Positions 10,238 to 19,844 of a stretch of 64,000 nt of DNA are shown here, one piece after another. A program made the translations under genes and the position numbers. Numbering within the stretch: the first letter of the stretch is position 1; each line of letters opens with the position of its first letter. The notes beneath the pieces are model-generated. The model searched no databases and was not told where the DNA came from. It was given only the letters and a program-made list of their open reading frames with translations. Source of the DNA: Candidatus Nezhaarchaeales archaeon (GTDB taxonomy: Archaea; Thermoproteota; Methanomethylicia; Nezhaarchaeales; WYZ-LMO8); NCBI GenBank assembly GCA_038887515.1, contig JAWAKK010000001.1, positions 390,205-454,204 on the forward strand, given 5' to 3'.

Positions 10238-10445
10238 ATCCAGCCAACTCATATAAAACTTACCATCAACGTAATTACTGTTGGGAAGAGATGTCTTAAA
10301 GCAAGATGTTGGCTTCTCTGTTTATGAAGTCGTGACCGCACTTAGCCTATATTAAGGTTAGATGGTCAACTTACTTAGCCATTTAAGGACGAGGTCTAGA
10401 GTGAAGTTTAAATTGTTGGTTAGCTTCACCTATCCTTAAGGCTGG

Positions 10446-11129
10446 ATGGGTTATCCAACCATGGATCAACATCACGATCCTGATGACATTCAAGCTTCGA
10501 GGGCACTTCTATCCATGAGCATCAATAAGGTTAGAGAGCTTATTGGAGATTACTTAAGAAGTTTGCCAGCAAGCCATGCGAGAATCGTTGAGCGAGTCGT
10601 GCATGCTACTGCGGATCCAGAGTTTGCTAAACTAGTAGTTATAAGTAATGGAGCTGTCGAAAGTGGGATCAAAGCCATAAGGGCTGGCGCAAAGGTCGTG
10701 ACCGACGTTAAGATGGTTAAAGCCGGGTTGAGAGAAGTAGGGCTTAGAAGGTTTGGAGGAAGAGTTGAGTGCTACGTGGATGATGAAAGAGCCATTAAGG
10801 TAGCTCGAGAAGAAGGAATAACTAGAACTGCAGCGGCAATGCGAGTCGCCGTCGAGATGGGGTTAAACGGAGCGATAGTCCTGATCGGGATATCTCCCAG
10901 TGCAACACTTGAGCTGGTTTCAGCTATTAAGAGAGGAGAAGCAAAGCCAGCTCTGATAGTTGCAACACCAGTTGGTTTCATAGGGGCTAGAGAGTCTAAA
11001 GAGGAGGTCATGAAGCTACCAATCCCCTACATAGTCGTAACAGGTTCAAAGGGTGGTAGCCCCGTAGCTGTAGCAATATTCAATGCGCTATTAACGTTAG
11101 CAGAAGAGGGTATGGAGGGCTTCACTTGA
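10446..11129 (+). CDS. cbiC: Cobalt-precorrin-8 methylmutase CbiC
   Basis: 'HATADPEFAKLVVISNGAVESGIKAIRAGAKVVTDVKMVKAGL' matches the CbiC/CobH core. Its size is about 210-230 aa. Confidence 0.75.
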   Translation: MGYPTMDQHHDPDDIQASRALLSMSINKVRELIGDYLRSLPASHARIVERVVHATADPEFAKLVVISNGAVESGIKAIRAGAKVVTDVKMVKAGLREVGLRRFGGRVECYVDDERAIKVAREEGITRTAAAMRVAVEMGLNGAIVLIGISPSATLELVSAIKRGEAKPALIVATPVGFIGARESKEEVMKLPIPYIVVTGSKGGSPVAVAIFNALLTLAEEGMEGFT

Positions 11130-12214
11130 AGTTTCTAAAGTACGGGATTTCGACAGGTGCATGTGCAGCTGCTGCAGCTAAAGCTGCTGCTCTAGCCTTG
11201 ATGGGGGTCAAGACTGATAAAGTCAGCATTCCAACACCTATTGGACTACGACTTGAAGTACCTGTTGAAGGGTGTCGAAGAATCGACGATGAGAGGGCAG
11301 TGGCTTGGGTGGTAAAGGATCCTGGAGATGACGTTGACGTAACTAGGGGGCTTAAAATACATGCTACTGTTAGGCTTACTAGAGATGGAGAGATCGTCAT
11401 AAAAGGTGGAGAAGGCATCGGAGTAGTCACCAAGCCTGGATTACCAGTCCCCGTAGGAGAGGCGGCTATAAACCCCGTGCCCAGAATGATGATCAAACAA
11501 GCTCTTCAAGAAGTACTGCCTCCAGGCATTGGCGCCGAGGTCTTGATAGAGGTCCCCGGCGGTGATGAGGTAGCAAAGAGGACCCTCAACCCAAAGCTTG
11601 GCATCATTGGAGGAATATCGATTCTAGGCACCACCGGAATCGTGAAACCACACTCTACTTCAGCATATAAGCGTTCGCTCTCAGTTCAAGTAGACGTAGC
11701 TTTGGCTAATGGGCATGATAGAATAGTCATAGTTCCTGGGAACGTTGGTGCGAGGGTTGCCAGACAGCTCCTCAAAATCCCAGATGAGGCTATAGTGCAA
11801 GCAGGCGACTTCATCGGCTACATGCTTCGTAAAGCAGTAGAGAAGGGGGTGAAAGAAATCCTGCTAGTTGGACATGCAGGTAAGCTTGTGAAGATCGCAG
11901 CAGGCATCTTCAATACTCATCATAAAGTTGCTGATGCTAGAATGGAGGTCATTGCAGCATATGCTGCTGCAGCAGGAGCTGATAATCATCTAGTTAAGAG
12001 AATCTTAGAAGCTAACACAACGGAGGAGGCTATTAAGCTCCTTCAACTTCATGGAATCCTTAAGCAAACCTTCAACATGATTGCTGATAGAGCCAGGTCT
12101 AGGTGCATTGACCTAATCGATGGAAGGGCAAACGTAGGCATCATAATAGTGTCGCTTGAAGGTGAGGTTTTAGGAGTTAGTGGCGTTGATAGGTGGTTGT
12201 CAGCACATGGCTAA
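11126..12214 (+). CDS. cbiD: Cobalt-precorrin-5B (C1)-methyltransferase CbiD
   Basis: 'GISTGACAAAAAKAAALAL' is the CbiD signature. Length is 362 aa. Confidence 0.85.
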   Translation: MKFLKYGISTGACAAAAAKAAALALMGVKTDKVSIPTPIGLRLEVPVEGCRRIDDERAVAWVVKDPGDDVDVTRGLKIHATVRLTRDGEIVIKGGEGIGVVTKPGLPVPVGEAAINPVPRMMIKQALQEVLPPGIGAEVLIEVPGGDEVAKRTLNPKLGIIGGISILGTTGIVKPHSTSAYKRSLSVQVDVALANGHDRIVIVPGNVGARVARQLLKIPDEAIVQAGDFIGYMLRKAVEKGVKEILLVGHAGKLVKIAAGIFNTHHKVADARMEVIAAYAAAAGADNHLVKRILEANTTEEAIKLLQLHGILKQTFNMIADRARSRCIDLIDGRANVGIIIVSLEGEVLGVSGVDRWLSAHG

Positions 12215-12887
12215 GATCTACATTGTCGGCGCTGGTCCAGGAGATCCTGACTACGTGACTCCAATTGCCAGGAAGATGGTTAGGCAGGCGGAGTTGGTAA
12301 TAGGCTCAGAGAGAGCAGTTAAGCTCTTCAATAACGACGTAAGAGGAGAGGTCATCATTCTCGATTCGAGGAATTTTAGGGAGGTAATGGTTTACGCTGT
12401 AGAACGAGCAAGAAGTGGAGCAAACGTAGTAATGGTATCCACAGGAGATCCTGGCTTCGCTGGTCTACTTGGAACATTCATAAAGAGTTTTGGAACAAAA
12501 TTGGACGTGGAGGTTGACGTCATCCCTGGAGTAAGCGTCATTCAAGTATGCGCTGCTAAACTCAAGATCTGTTGGGATGATGCTGTCCTAATTAGTCTTC
12601 ATGAGGGCGCAACCGAAGAAAAGAGGAGGAGACTGGCTGGAGCTGTTAAGTCGGGTAAGACGGTAATCCTCTTGCCAAACACTAGGTCTTTCACTGTCAG
12701 GGATGTCGTGAAGTACCTCTTGAGCGAGGGAGTAGACGAGGAGACAATCGCGTACGTGTGCGAGGACTTAACTCTTAGTAGTGAGAGGATCGTTAAAGCC
12801 ACTTTAAGAGAATTAATGTCCTACGAGGGTAGCTCTCTATGCGTTATGGTGATCACTCCAAGGAGGGGTAATTGTGTGGAGCTATAA
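12207..12887 (+). CDS. cbiE: Cobalt-precorrin-7 (C5)-methyltransferase CbiE
   Basis: 'MAKIYIVGAGPGDPDYVT' is a tetrapyrrole-methylase N-terminus. The likely start is the ATG at 12207, within the ORF that is open from 12180. Confidence 0.75.
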   Translation: MAKIYIVGAGPGDPDYVTPIARKMVRQAELVIGSERAVKLFNNDVRGEVIILDSRNFREVMVYAVERARSGANVVMVSTGDPGFAGLLGTFIKSFGTKLDVEVDVIPGVSVIQVCAAKLKICWDDAVLISLHEGATEEKRRRLAGAVKSGKTVILLPNTRSFTVRDVVKYLLSEGVDEETIAYVCEDLTLSSERIVKATLRELMSYEGSSLCVMVITPRRGNCVEL

Positions 12888-13467
12888 AACACCTGGAATA
12901 CCGGATGAGCTCTTCATAACTAGCGATAAGGTTCCTGGACCAACCAAAGAAGAGGTAAGAGTTGTGACCATATCGAAGGCAAGGCTTAAGGAGGGATGTC
13001 GCGTTGCTGATGTTGGTTGTGGTGTTGGAAGCATAACTGTCGAAGCTGCATTAATTGTTGGCTCTACGGGGAAAGTATACGCTATTGATAAAGATGAAGA
13101 GGCTATTAGAATCACGAAGCTGAACGTGGCTAAATTTGGCGTTCAAGATCGCGTTCAGGTAATACTTGGGAAAGCTTCTAAGGTTCTTGAGCTAATCCCG
13201 GAGGTCGATAGCATAATAATAGGAGGTGGAAGGCCCTTATCCAAGGTCCTTGAAGCTGCTGTTAAGAGACTGAAGTTTGGTGGACGCATCGTAATCAATG
13301 CGGTCACTGTTGAAACGGCGAGTAGAGCTATCAAGATGCTCAAGAAGATGAAGTTCGGTGAGCTGGAAGTAGTTAACGTATCTATCGCTAAAGGCAAGCT
13401 TACCAACGCGGGAACTATCATGCTGGCTAGGAACCCTGTTTTCGTAATATCTGCGTCAAAATCTTGA
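12874..13467 (+). CDS. cbiT: Cobalt-precorrin-6B (C15)-methyltransferase (decarboxylating) CbiT (GTG start)
   Basis: 'VADVGCGVGSITVEAA...VYAIDKDEEAI' is a class I SAM-binding motif. Position after cbiE matches the cbiET pairing. Confidence 0.75.
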   Translation: MWSYKTPGIPDELFITSDKVPGPTKEEVRVVTISKARLKEGCRVADVGCGVGSITVEAALIVGSTGKVYAIDKDEEAIRITKLNVAKFGVQDRVQVILGKASKVLELIPEVDSIIIGGGRPLSKVLEAAVKRLKFGGRIVINAVTVETASRAIKMLKKMKFGELEVVNVSIAKGKLTNAGTIMLARNPVFVISASKS

Positions 13468-13477
13468 GGGAGCTATA

Positions 13478-13996
13478 TTGCTAGGCAAGTTATATGGTGT
13501 GGGTGTTGGTCCAGGCGACCCTGACTTACTGACTTTGAAGGCTGTAAAGGTTTTGGGTGATGTGGACGTAATATTCGCTCCAAAACCCAGCACTGACAAG
13601 CCTAGCTTAGCACTGACGATTGTTAAGCCAATGCTTAGAGACCATCAGGAAGTGGTAGAACTTGTCTACCCGATGACTAAGGAAAGAGAGGTCTTAGAAG
13701 CTTGTTGGGAAAAGAATGCTGACCTGATAATCTCAAAGCTCATGACAGGAAAGAACGCAGCCTTCATAACGTTAGGAGACCCCATGCTCTACAGCACCTT
13801 CATATATACTTGCAGGAAGATTGTAGCTAAAGCTCCTGACGTGGAGATAGAGATAGTCCCAGGAGTTACATCGATAACGGAATGTGCTGCAATCTCAAGG
13901 ACGTCCATAGCAGAAGGAGATGAAGTAGTGGTGATAATCCCTTCACTGAGTGATCGCGAAAAAATTAGAGGTCTAGCGAAGAAGCTACATCAATAA
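13478..13996 (+). CDS. cbiL: Cobalt-factor II C20-methyltransferase CbiL, C-terminally truncated (172 aa vs ~220-240 expected)
   Basis: 'MLGKLYGVGVGPGDPDLLTLKA' is the CbiL/CobI N-terminus. The protein ends shortly after '...VVVIIPSLSD' and lacks the last roughly 60 residues. Confidence 0.65.
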   Translation: MLGKLYGVGVGPGDPDLLTLKAVKVLGDVDVIFAPKPSTDKPSLALTIVKPMLRDHQEVVELVYPMTKEREVLEACWEKNADLIISKLMTGKNAAFITLGDPMLYSTFIYTCRKIVAKAPDVEIEIVPGVTSITECAAISRTSIAEGDEVVVIIPSLSDREKIRGLAKKLHQ

Positions 13997-14061
13997 TCAT
14001 AAGGGGCTTCATGGAGATAGACGTTAAAGGCTTACCGCCACTATTAGCTTCTCTCAGATAA
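13975..14061 (+). pseudogene. Relic of the 3' end of a SufB/SufD-family gene
   Basis: An alternate frame reads '[27 protein letters not shown]'. The intact sufB at 1290-1401 reads '[30 protein letters not shown]'. The frame is closed by a TAG just upstream at 13966-13968. Confidence 0.5.
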
Positions 14062-14111
14062 AGAGGGCATTAGATGTAGCGACCAAAGGCGTCCAGACAA
14101 CCTCCTTTCAC

Positions 14112-14135
14112 TTTCAGCTAAAAGCTAAAAGCTAA
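14112..14135. repeat. Tandem heptamer (GCTAAAA)x3
   Basis: 'agctaaaagctaaaagctaaaag'. Confidence 0.6.
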
Positions 14136-14249
14136 AAGAATTTAATCAATAATTTATAGAAAGTCCACATACAAAACTGAAAAATTAAAACATAGTTGAA
14201 AAGATGAATGAAGTACGTCTTGGGGTGTTAGTGAAGTACATGCCATTGC

Positions 14250-15179
14250 TTGCTGGTGTCGTGTATGAGGTTAAGGTATCGCCTGCAGAAGAGTCGGGAA
14301 GCGCTCATAATCTCTGTTTCGCTAAGCTCTCTAGGCGCAATTGTTGAAGGTGTGGCACTAACATTTTATGGGAGCATTATTCTCGCCACTGACTTTTTTC
14401 ACTGGGTCTTGGATACAATAGTTGAGGTTATGTTCCTATTTTCGATTTATTACGCTAGTAGAGTAGGAAAGAGGTTTCCTTGGAGTATAATAGCGCTTGA
14501 GTTCTTGACAAGCATAATAGTGATGATCGTTGTCTTAGGCTTCTATGGCTTCTACTTCTTCAATTACGTTAACAGCCTCATGCAACAGTATAGTGTATCA
14601 ACGGTATCGCCGCTGGCTGCAATAGCTACAGCTATTGGAGGAATAATTACTTTAACAGTGTTCGTGCTTCAAAGAAGGAACTACAGGAAATATTCGTTAG
14701 AGATCTTAAGAATTGATAGTAACCATGCACTGATAGATACCGCATCGTCTTTTTTCGCTACCTTTGGAATAATCCTTACAGCTTGGTTGGGAGACCCAAC
14801 GATAGAGATTTTTGCTACACTAATCATCATGATGTTCATAATTCATAGCATCTTTGAGATATTTAAAGATACCTTTAAGGTATTATCGGGAAGCAATTTA
14901 GATCACGAGATAACGGATAGAGTGAGAAGAGCCATCGAAGAGAGATTGTTCGATGCTAAATTAAAGAACGTGGAGGCTAGGAAGGTCGGATCGTTTTACA
15001 TAGTGTCTACCGATATATTTTTGGATCCAAACACCACCATTTCAAAAGCACATTCTTTACGCAGGAAGATCGTAAATTTAGTTAAAGAAGTCTCCGACCT
15101 CATTTACCATGTCGACGTTAAGTTCTATCCCTCGCTCGAATACAGGAGAGTTTTGAAAAAGCAAAAGAGGAGGAGTTAA
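14250..15179 (+). CDS. Cation diffusion facilitator (CDF) family metal efflux protein
   Basis: Six TM helices carry H..D pairs in TM2 ('FFHWVLDT') and TM5 ('NHALIDT'). The C-terminal cytoplasmic domain is '...VGSFYIVSTDIFLDP'. The true start may be an internal Met. Confidence 0.65.
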   Translation: MLVSCMRLRYRLQKSREALIISVSLSSLGAIVEGVALTFYGSIILATDFFHWVLDTIVEVMFLFSIYYASRVGKRFPWSIIALEFLTSIIVMIVVLGFYGFYFFNYVNSLMQQYSVSTVSPLAAIATAIGGIITLTVFVLQRRNYRKYSLEILRIDSNHALIDTASSFFATFGIILTAWLGDPTIEIFATLIIMMFIIHSIFEIFKDTFKVLSGSNLDHEITDRVRRAIEERLFDAKLKNVEARKVGSFYIVSTDIFLDPNTTISKAHSLRRKIVNLVKEVSDLIYHVDVKFYPSLEYRRVLKKQKRRS

Positions 15180-15260
15180 AGGTTTAAGTTTAAACCCCAA
15201 TTATACAGACTAAGGTATGTGGACGCTGTTGCGATGAAACCATTTGCGACTATTGATTGG

Positions 15261-16511
15261 CTACTCCTCTCTTCGCATAGGCTCTTTGATCAACGTTCCA
15301 ATCATTACCATTAACGGTATGCTAAGGGTCATTGCCAAGTAGAAAGGCGCCTTGGGCGATACATGTTCGTAGAGAGAGCCTCCTGCAAGATTTCCAAGAG
15401 CCATAAATATGACGCTAAGGAAGTTGGAAAGGGCATTAATCTTTCCTCTCTCGTCCCTAGGTGTGAGATCTGCGATAAGTGAGCTCGCCCCTGCGTACAT
15501 CATTACTTGGCCAGCTCCTACAAGTATCAAGGAGATTACTACTAAGAACGTGCTTCCATTTACGAAGAACCATATAGAGAAAGTAAAGAGTACGTAGGCT
15601 ACTATCAAGGATATCTTTCTGCTGGCCTTGTCGATTAACTTTCCTATCGGTATAGAGAAGACGACTGTAGTAACCGGTACAATTGTTAAGAGAAGCCCCC
15701 ATAGAGTCTCGTTTATCAATAATTCTCTCACCGCGTATACCGGGAGAAATGGTGTTATTGCGGAGAAACCCGATTGTCCGATAGCAACCGCTAAAACGAG
15801 GTATAAGAGAGACCTCGACGCTTTCTTGTACGCTGTTAAACATTCCCTAACCGCAATCGGGTAGTTCCTCCAGAGATTCGATACGCTAGGCTTCTCGGAA
15901 CCCCTAAAAGTCTCCTTTAAGTAGAACAATCTGAGGAAAGCCGCGGCGAGAAAGAAGGTGACCACTAACCCGTAACCCATCCTCATCCCCATCATCAACC
16001 CAAAGGTTCCACATAAATAAGCGGCGATTATAGGGCCTGGAGTCGTCGAGGCGTTACCTATTAGCGAAACTATACCGAAGCCCATGCCCCTCTTTTCGGG
16101 CGGTAGAGAGTCGGCCAGCATAGCCATGAGGGCTGGCTGATACATAGAGTTAAATACGGCCATTAGTACACTGCCCACTAAGATGAAGTGCCAGGAGGGG
16201 GCTAGGGCGAAGAATAGGTAACTTAAAGCCACCCCGAATGTCATGGTACATATTATCCACTTTCTCCCAAACTTATCGGCAATATAGCCTCCGGGAAACT
16301 GCATTGAAGCTAAAGCAATGAAGTGACAAAACCCTATTAGCCCTACTATAGTCTCGCTAGCCCCTAGACCGATTACGTATAGAGCATAGTAGACGGCTGG
16401 TATCTCCATCGCAAAATCCATGAGTAGCCAACTTACAACCAAGACGGCATAGTTTCCTTTAACGAAAGCTAGGTCTTCTCTGATATGCTGAATAAACCGT
16501 GCAACCATCAA
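15261..16511 (-). CDS. MFS transporter (416 aa)
   Basis: Twelve-TM topology with 'GGYIADKFGRKW' as the MFS motif A. Confidence 0.65.
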   Translation of the reverse strand: MMVARFIQHIREDLAFVKGNYAVLVVSWLLMDFAMEIPAVYYALYVIGLGASETIVGLIGFCHFIALASMQFPGGYIADKFGRKWIICTMTFGVALSYLFFALAPSWHFILVGSVLMAVFNSMYQPALMAMLADSLPPEKRGMGFGIVSLIGNASTTPGPIIAAYLCGTFGLMMGMRMGYGLVVTFFLAAAFLRLFYLKETFRGSEKPSVSNLWRNYPIAVRECLTAYKKASRSLLYLVLAVAIGQSGFSAITPFLPVYAVRELLINETLWGLLLTIVPVTTVVFSIPIGKLIDKASRKISLIVAYVLFTFSIWFFVNGSTFLVVISLILVGAGQVMMYAGASSLIADLTPRDERGKINALSNFLSVIFMALGNLAGGSLYEHVSPKAPFYLAMTLSIPLMVMIGTLIKEPMRREE

Positions 16512-16659
16512 CGGCTCGCCTCAAACACTCGCCGGAATAAACGCTAATTACTACTCAACGCTGAGGCTTCTACCTATAACTATAGATTTGCTTTAAACTT
16601 TATGTCTAATAGGCCTTCAAAATGATTGGTTTAGCAGGTCTCTATCGACCTTTTCATGT

Positions 16660-17721
16660 TTAATTAATATCCTTCGATTTTCTTTGTATCATGTATTGAT
16701 ACTTTACTTCTCCATCCATTATATAGTACACTAAACATTCACCATCTTCGGCTTTTAGTATCGGCTTTGTTAAGACTTCCGCTATTTTTACGAGGTCCCC
16801 AAGACTCTTCACGTCTATTGTTGTCCACGTCTCGGGAGGTAATCTCGTTGCCTCAATTATCAAGTCTTTATATTCTTCAGCCACTTTTTCGGTCTTTGCT
16901 ATTTCGCTAGACTCTTTCTTGGCCTTCCTTGAACCCTTAAAGTATAGGGCTGTCGATACGACTAATCCTGAAATCATAACTGCGGTCACAGCATAAGACG
17001 CATCTTTCTGTAGTTCGACGTCGGGGTACCCTACTTCAATAGTTTCCCTAATTTCTTTATTTTCAGTCTGGTTTAGGCCCTCCAGCGATATGTAGCTACC
17101 CTTATCGGTTGTCGATTTAAAAACTACGGTCAGCTGAGGGGTAAACTTTTCCCCTACTTCTCTCCCAGCAAGAACGGCTTCTATGTTTATGTTTGGCATC
17201 ACGTAGATACTATAGGAGGAGGAGTACATTCCCAACTCTTTGTCTATCGCATGAGCGATATTCCTTATTGCTGGACAGTTTATTTCAAGTGTAAAGTTTA
17301 GCGACCCCCTAAAATTCAATAACTCCACAAGTTCTGTCTCCTGCAGGTACTTTACCCATCTACCTGGCGATTCTATTTTTGCAGCCACACTCTCCATTGT
17401 TACGTTAAGCTTCTCTGGACTTGGGTTTGAAGCGAATACGTACGTAAATGTTACGTTAATCCTGTTCGTTAGAGATGTATACAAGATCCCTTCGTCGGGT
17501 CTCAATACGGTCTTATTATAAATGACGTTCGGCTTCAACTCTGCTACGCAATCGTAAAATGCTTTATGCATATATGAAGCTAAGGTTACCGTTCGCCTCT
17601 CAAACGTTGGCCTCTGTTGTACATAGTAAAGGTTTACGAGTGAGAAAACAGTTAGCGCAATGAAAGAAATGACCAATATTTTCTTAATTAACTCCTTGTC
17701 TTTCTTCATGCCTTTCATCAC
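16660..17721 (-). CDS. Hypothetical membrane protein (N-terminal TM, large extracytoplasmic domain, second TM near C-terminus)
   Basis: Long ORF with no recognisable motif. Confidence 0.4.
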   Translation of the reverse strand: MMKGMKKDKELIKKILVISFIALTVFSLVNLYYVQQRPTFERRTVTLASYMHKAFYDCVAELKPNVIYNKTVLRPDEGILYTSLTNRINVTFTYVFASNPSPEKLNVTMESVAAKIESPGRWVKYLQETELVELLNFRGSLNFTLEINCPAIRNIAHAIDKELGMYSSSYSIYVMPNINIEAVLAGREVGEKFTPQLTVVFKSTTDKGSYISLEGLNQTENKEIRETIEVGYPDVELQKDASYAVTAVMISGLVVSTALYFKGSRKAKKESSEIAKTEKVAEEYKDLIIEATRLPPETWTTIDVKSLGDLVKIAEVLTKPILKAEDGECLVYYIMDGEVKYQYMIQRKSKDIN

Positions 17722-18010
17722 TAGCCGTTTTCCTTATAATATTAATTTGACACATATTTTAGCCTTTACCATGTTTTTCCTTACGGCCATAAACGGATTA
17801 ATTCTTCTTTCTCGCAATAAGCGGGGTTGCCCCACGTGGGCTATATTGCCCCCTTTAAATTTTTTATTTACTATAATTCTTCATTATTTGCTGCGTTCTC
17901 AACGCCTTTCTATATCTATTAGATCTTTAAATGTGAGGAAATGACTACACGTAGTCGCCCAACTACAAAACTTAGAAAGTTCCGCTTCTGATAGACGTTC
18001 TCGACAAACC

Positions 18011-19786
18011 ATGAGGCCCCCAAGCGTTAGGCTTGTGGGCGCTTTATTGATCGCATTACCTCTAATCATAGCTATTTCTTCTATGTGCATGATGGCTTCT
18101 CAGCCCACCGTCCAATTATTGCTAAGGTTTAGGCCGGGCGTTCCCGAGGACTTTAAGAAGGAGTTCCTAGAGTCTCACGGTCTACAGACGGTAGACTACA
18201 TAAAGCAAATAGATGTTTTCGTTGTTTCAGCTCCAGTACAAAGACTTCCATCAATTAAATCGGCATTGGCTGAGAGCCCTATAATAGACTTTGTTGAAGT
18301 AGACTCGATTATAGCCTACTCGCAGGTGCCCAACGATCCATATTATCCAGTCCAATGGTATTTGGCTAAAATTAATTGTCCTAGCGCTTGGGATATTTCG
18401 ACTGGAAGAAGCAACATTATAATAGCAGTGATCGACAGCGGGGTTGACCCCACACACCCTGATTTAGCCGGTAAACTCATTCAAGGATGGAACTTCTACG
18501 ATAACAATGACGATACCTCCGACGCCTTTGGACACGGTACAAGGGTTGCAGGTATAATAGCTGCAGTAACTAATAACAATGTAGGCATAGCCGGCGTGAC
18601 CTGGAACTGTCTGATACTACCTATTAAGGTCACAAACCCAAGCGGTTACACTACCACCTCGCTATTAAGCAAGGGTCTAGTTTACGCCGCCGATAGAGGT
18701 GCCAAGGTCGCAGTGATAAGTTATCAAATATTTGGTGGCTCCTCTATTTCGAGTGCGGCTAAGTACTTTGTGGACAAGGGAGGAGTAGTTGTAGCAGCAG
18801 CAGGCAACACCGGGAAGTACGAGAGCTATAACGATAATCCATACATAATCTCCGTCAGCGCTACGACTAGTAGCGATACGTTAGCAAGTTACTCGTCCTA
18901 TGGACCGTACGTGGACCTTTCAGCTCCAGGTTCAGGCATATACACTACGACTAGAGGTGGCGGTTACGGTGCAGTTTCAGGAACATCGTTCTCGGCTCCC
19001 ATTGTTGCTGGGGTTGCTGCATTGATGCTCTCAATTAATCCCTCTCTAACACCATCGCAAATCGAGCAAGTACTAGAGTCCACCGCCGTCGACTTAGGTG
19101 CGCCCGGCTACGACGTCTATTATGGTTGGGGAAGAATCGACGCTTATGCTGCCCTCAAAGCGGCTTTAGAGATGACGAGCAGAAGTACCAGCCCTCCAAC
19201 AATAATAGACACTACCCCACCAAGTGTTAGGATAGTCTATCCAGCTAGTGGAGAGGTTGTTTCAGGCTCGGTGACAGTCAAGGTTGAAGCGAGCGACAAC
19301 ATCGGAGTAGCTAAGGTAGAGCTATACAAGAATGGCAATTTACTCGCTGTAGATTATGATGCGCCCTACGAGTTCTACTGGGATAGTGCGGCAGATCCAA
19401 ACGGAGTGTACCTCTTAGTAGCTAGAGCCTACGACTCTTACGGTAACGTTGGTGAGTCGAACGCAATCGCGGTCAACGTCGTTAACAGTCTTGTAAGCAA
19501 CCCTTCCGACACTAATCCTCCAACAGTTAAAATAGTTAAGCCCTTGAACAGACAGGTGGTGTCAAAAGCTGTAGATATAGTTGTTTCAGCATCGGACGAT
19601 TCAGGGATAGGGAGGATCGAGATTTACGTGAATGGCAACTTAATAGCTACAATTAATGCTGAACCGTACACCTATAATTGGAATACAAGGTCTGTCAAAA
19701 ATGGTTGGCATACTATAACTGCTAAAGTCTACGATATCTACGACAATTACGCCGAGACTTCGATAAGCGTTTACGTGTACAATTAA
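18011..19786 (+). CDS. Secreted subtilisin-like serine protease (S8) with N-terminal propeptide and two C-terminal ~90-aa Ig-like repeats
   Basis: Signal peptide is present. Catalytic motifs are 'VIDSGVDPTHPDL', 'HGTRVAGIIAA' and 'GTSFSAPIVAGVAALM'. The C-terminal repeats are 'PPSVRIVYPASGEVVSGSVTVKV...' and 'PPTVKIVKPLNRQVVSKAVDIVV...'. Confidence 0.85.
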   Translation: MRPPSVRLVGALLIALPLIIAISSMCMMASQPTVQLLLRFRPGVPEDFKKEFLESHGLQTVDYIKQIDVFVVSAPVQRLPSIKSALAESPIIDFVEVDSIIAYSQVPNDPYYPVQWYLAKINCPSAWDISTGRSNIIIAVIDSGVDPTHPDLAGKLIQGWNFYDNNDDTSDAFGHGTRVAGIIAAVTNNNVGIAGVTWNCLILPIKVTNPSGYTTTSLLSKGLVYAADRGAKVAVISYQIFGGSSISSAAKYFVDKGGVVVAAAGNTGKYESYNDNPYIISVSATTSSDTLASYSSYGPYVDLSAPGSGIYTTTRGGGYGAVSGTSFSAPIVAGVAALMLSINPSLTPSQIEQVLESTAVDLGAPGYDVYYGWGRIDAYAALKAALEMTSRSTSPPTIIDTTPPSVRIVYPASGEVVSGSVTVKVEASDNIGVAKVELYKNGNLLAVDYDAPYEFYWDSAADPNGVYLLVARAYDSYGNVGESNAIAVNVVNSLVSNPSDTNPPTVKIVKPLNRQVVSKAVDIVVSASDDSGIGRIEIYVNGNLIATINAEPYTYNWNTRSVKNGWHTITAKVYDIYDNYAETSISVYVYN

Positions 19787-19844
19787 AGGTGGTTGGCAAG
19801 GTAGCAAAGTAGCCAGCGAAATCCACCAACACCCTAACATTTTA

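Noticed and set aside
14112-14135. Short tandem repeat considered as a CRISPR or minisatellite
   Set aside because: Only three 7-nt units. No repeat-spacer architecture anywhere in the window.
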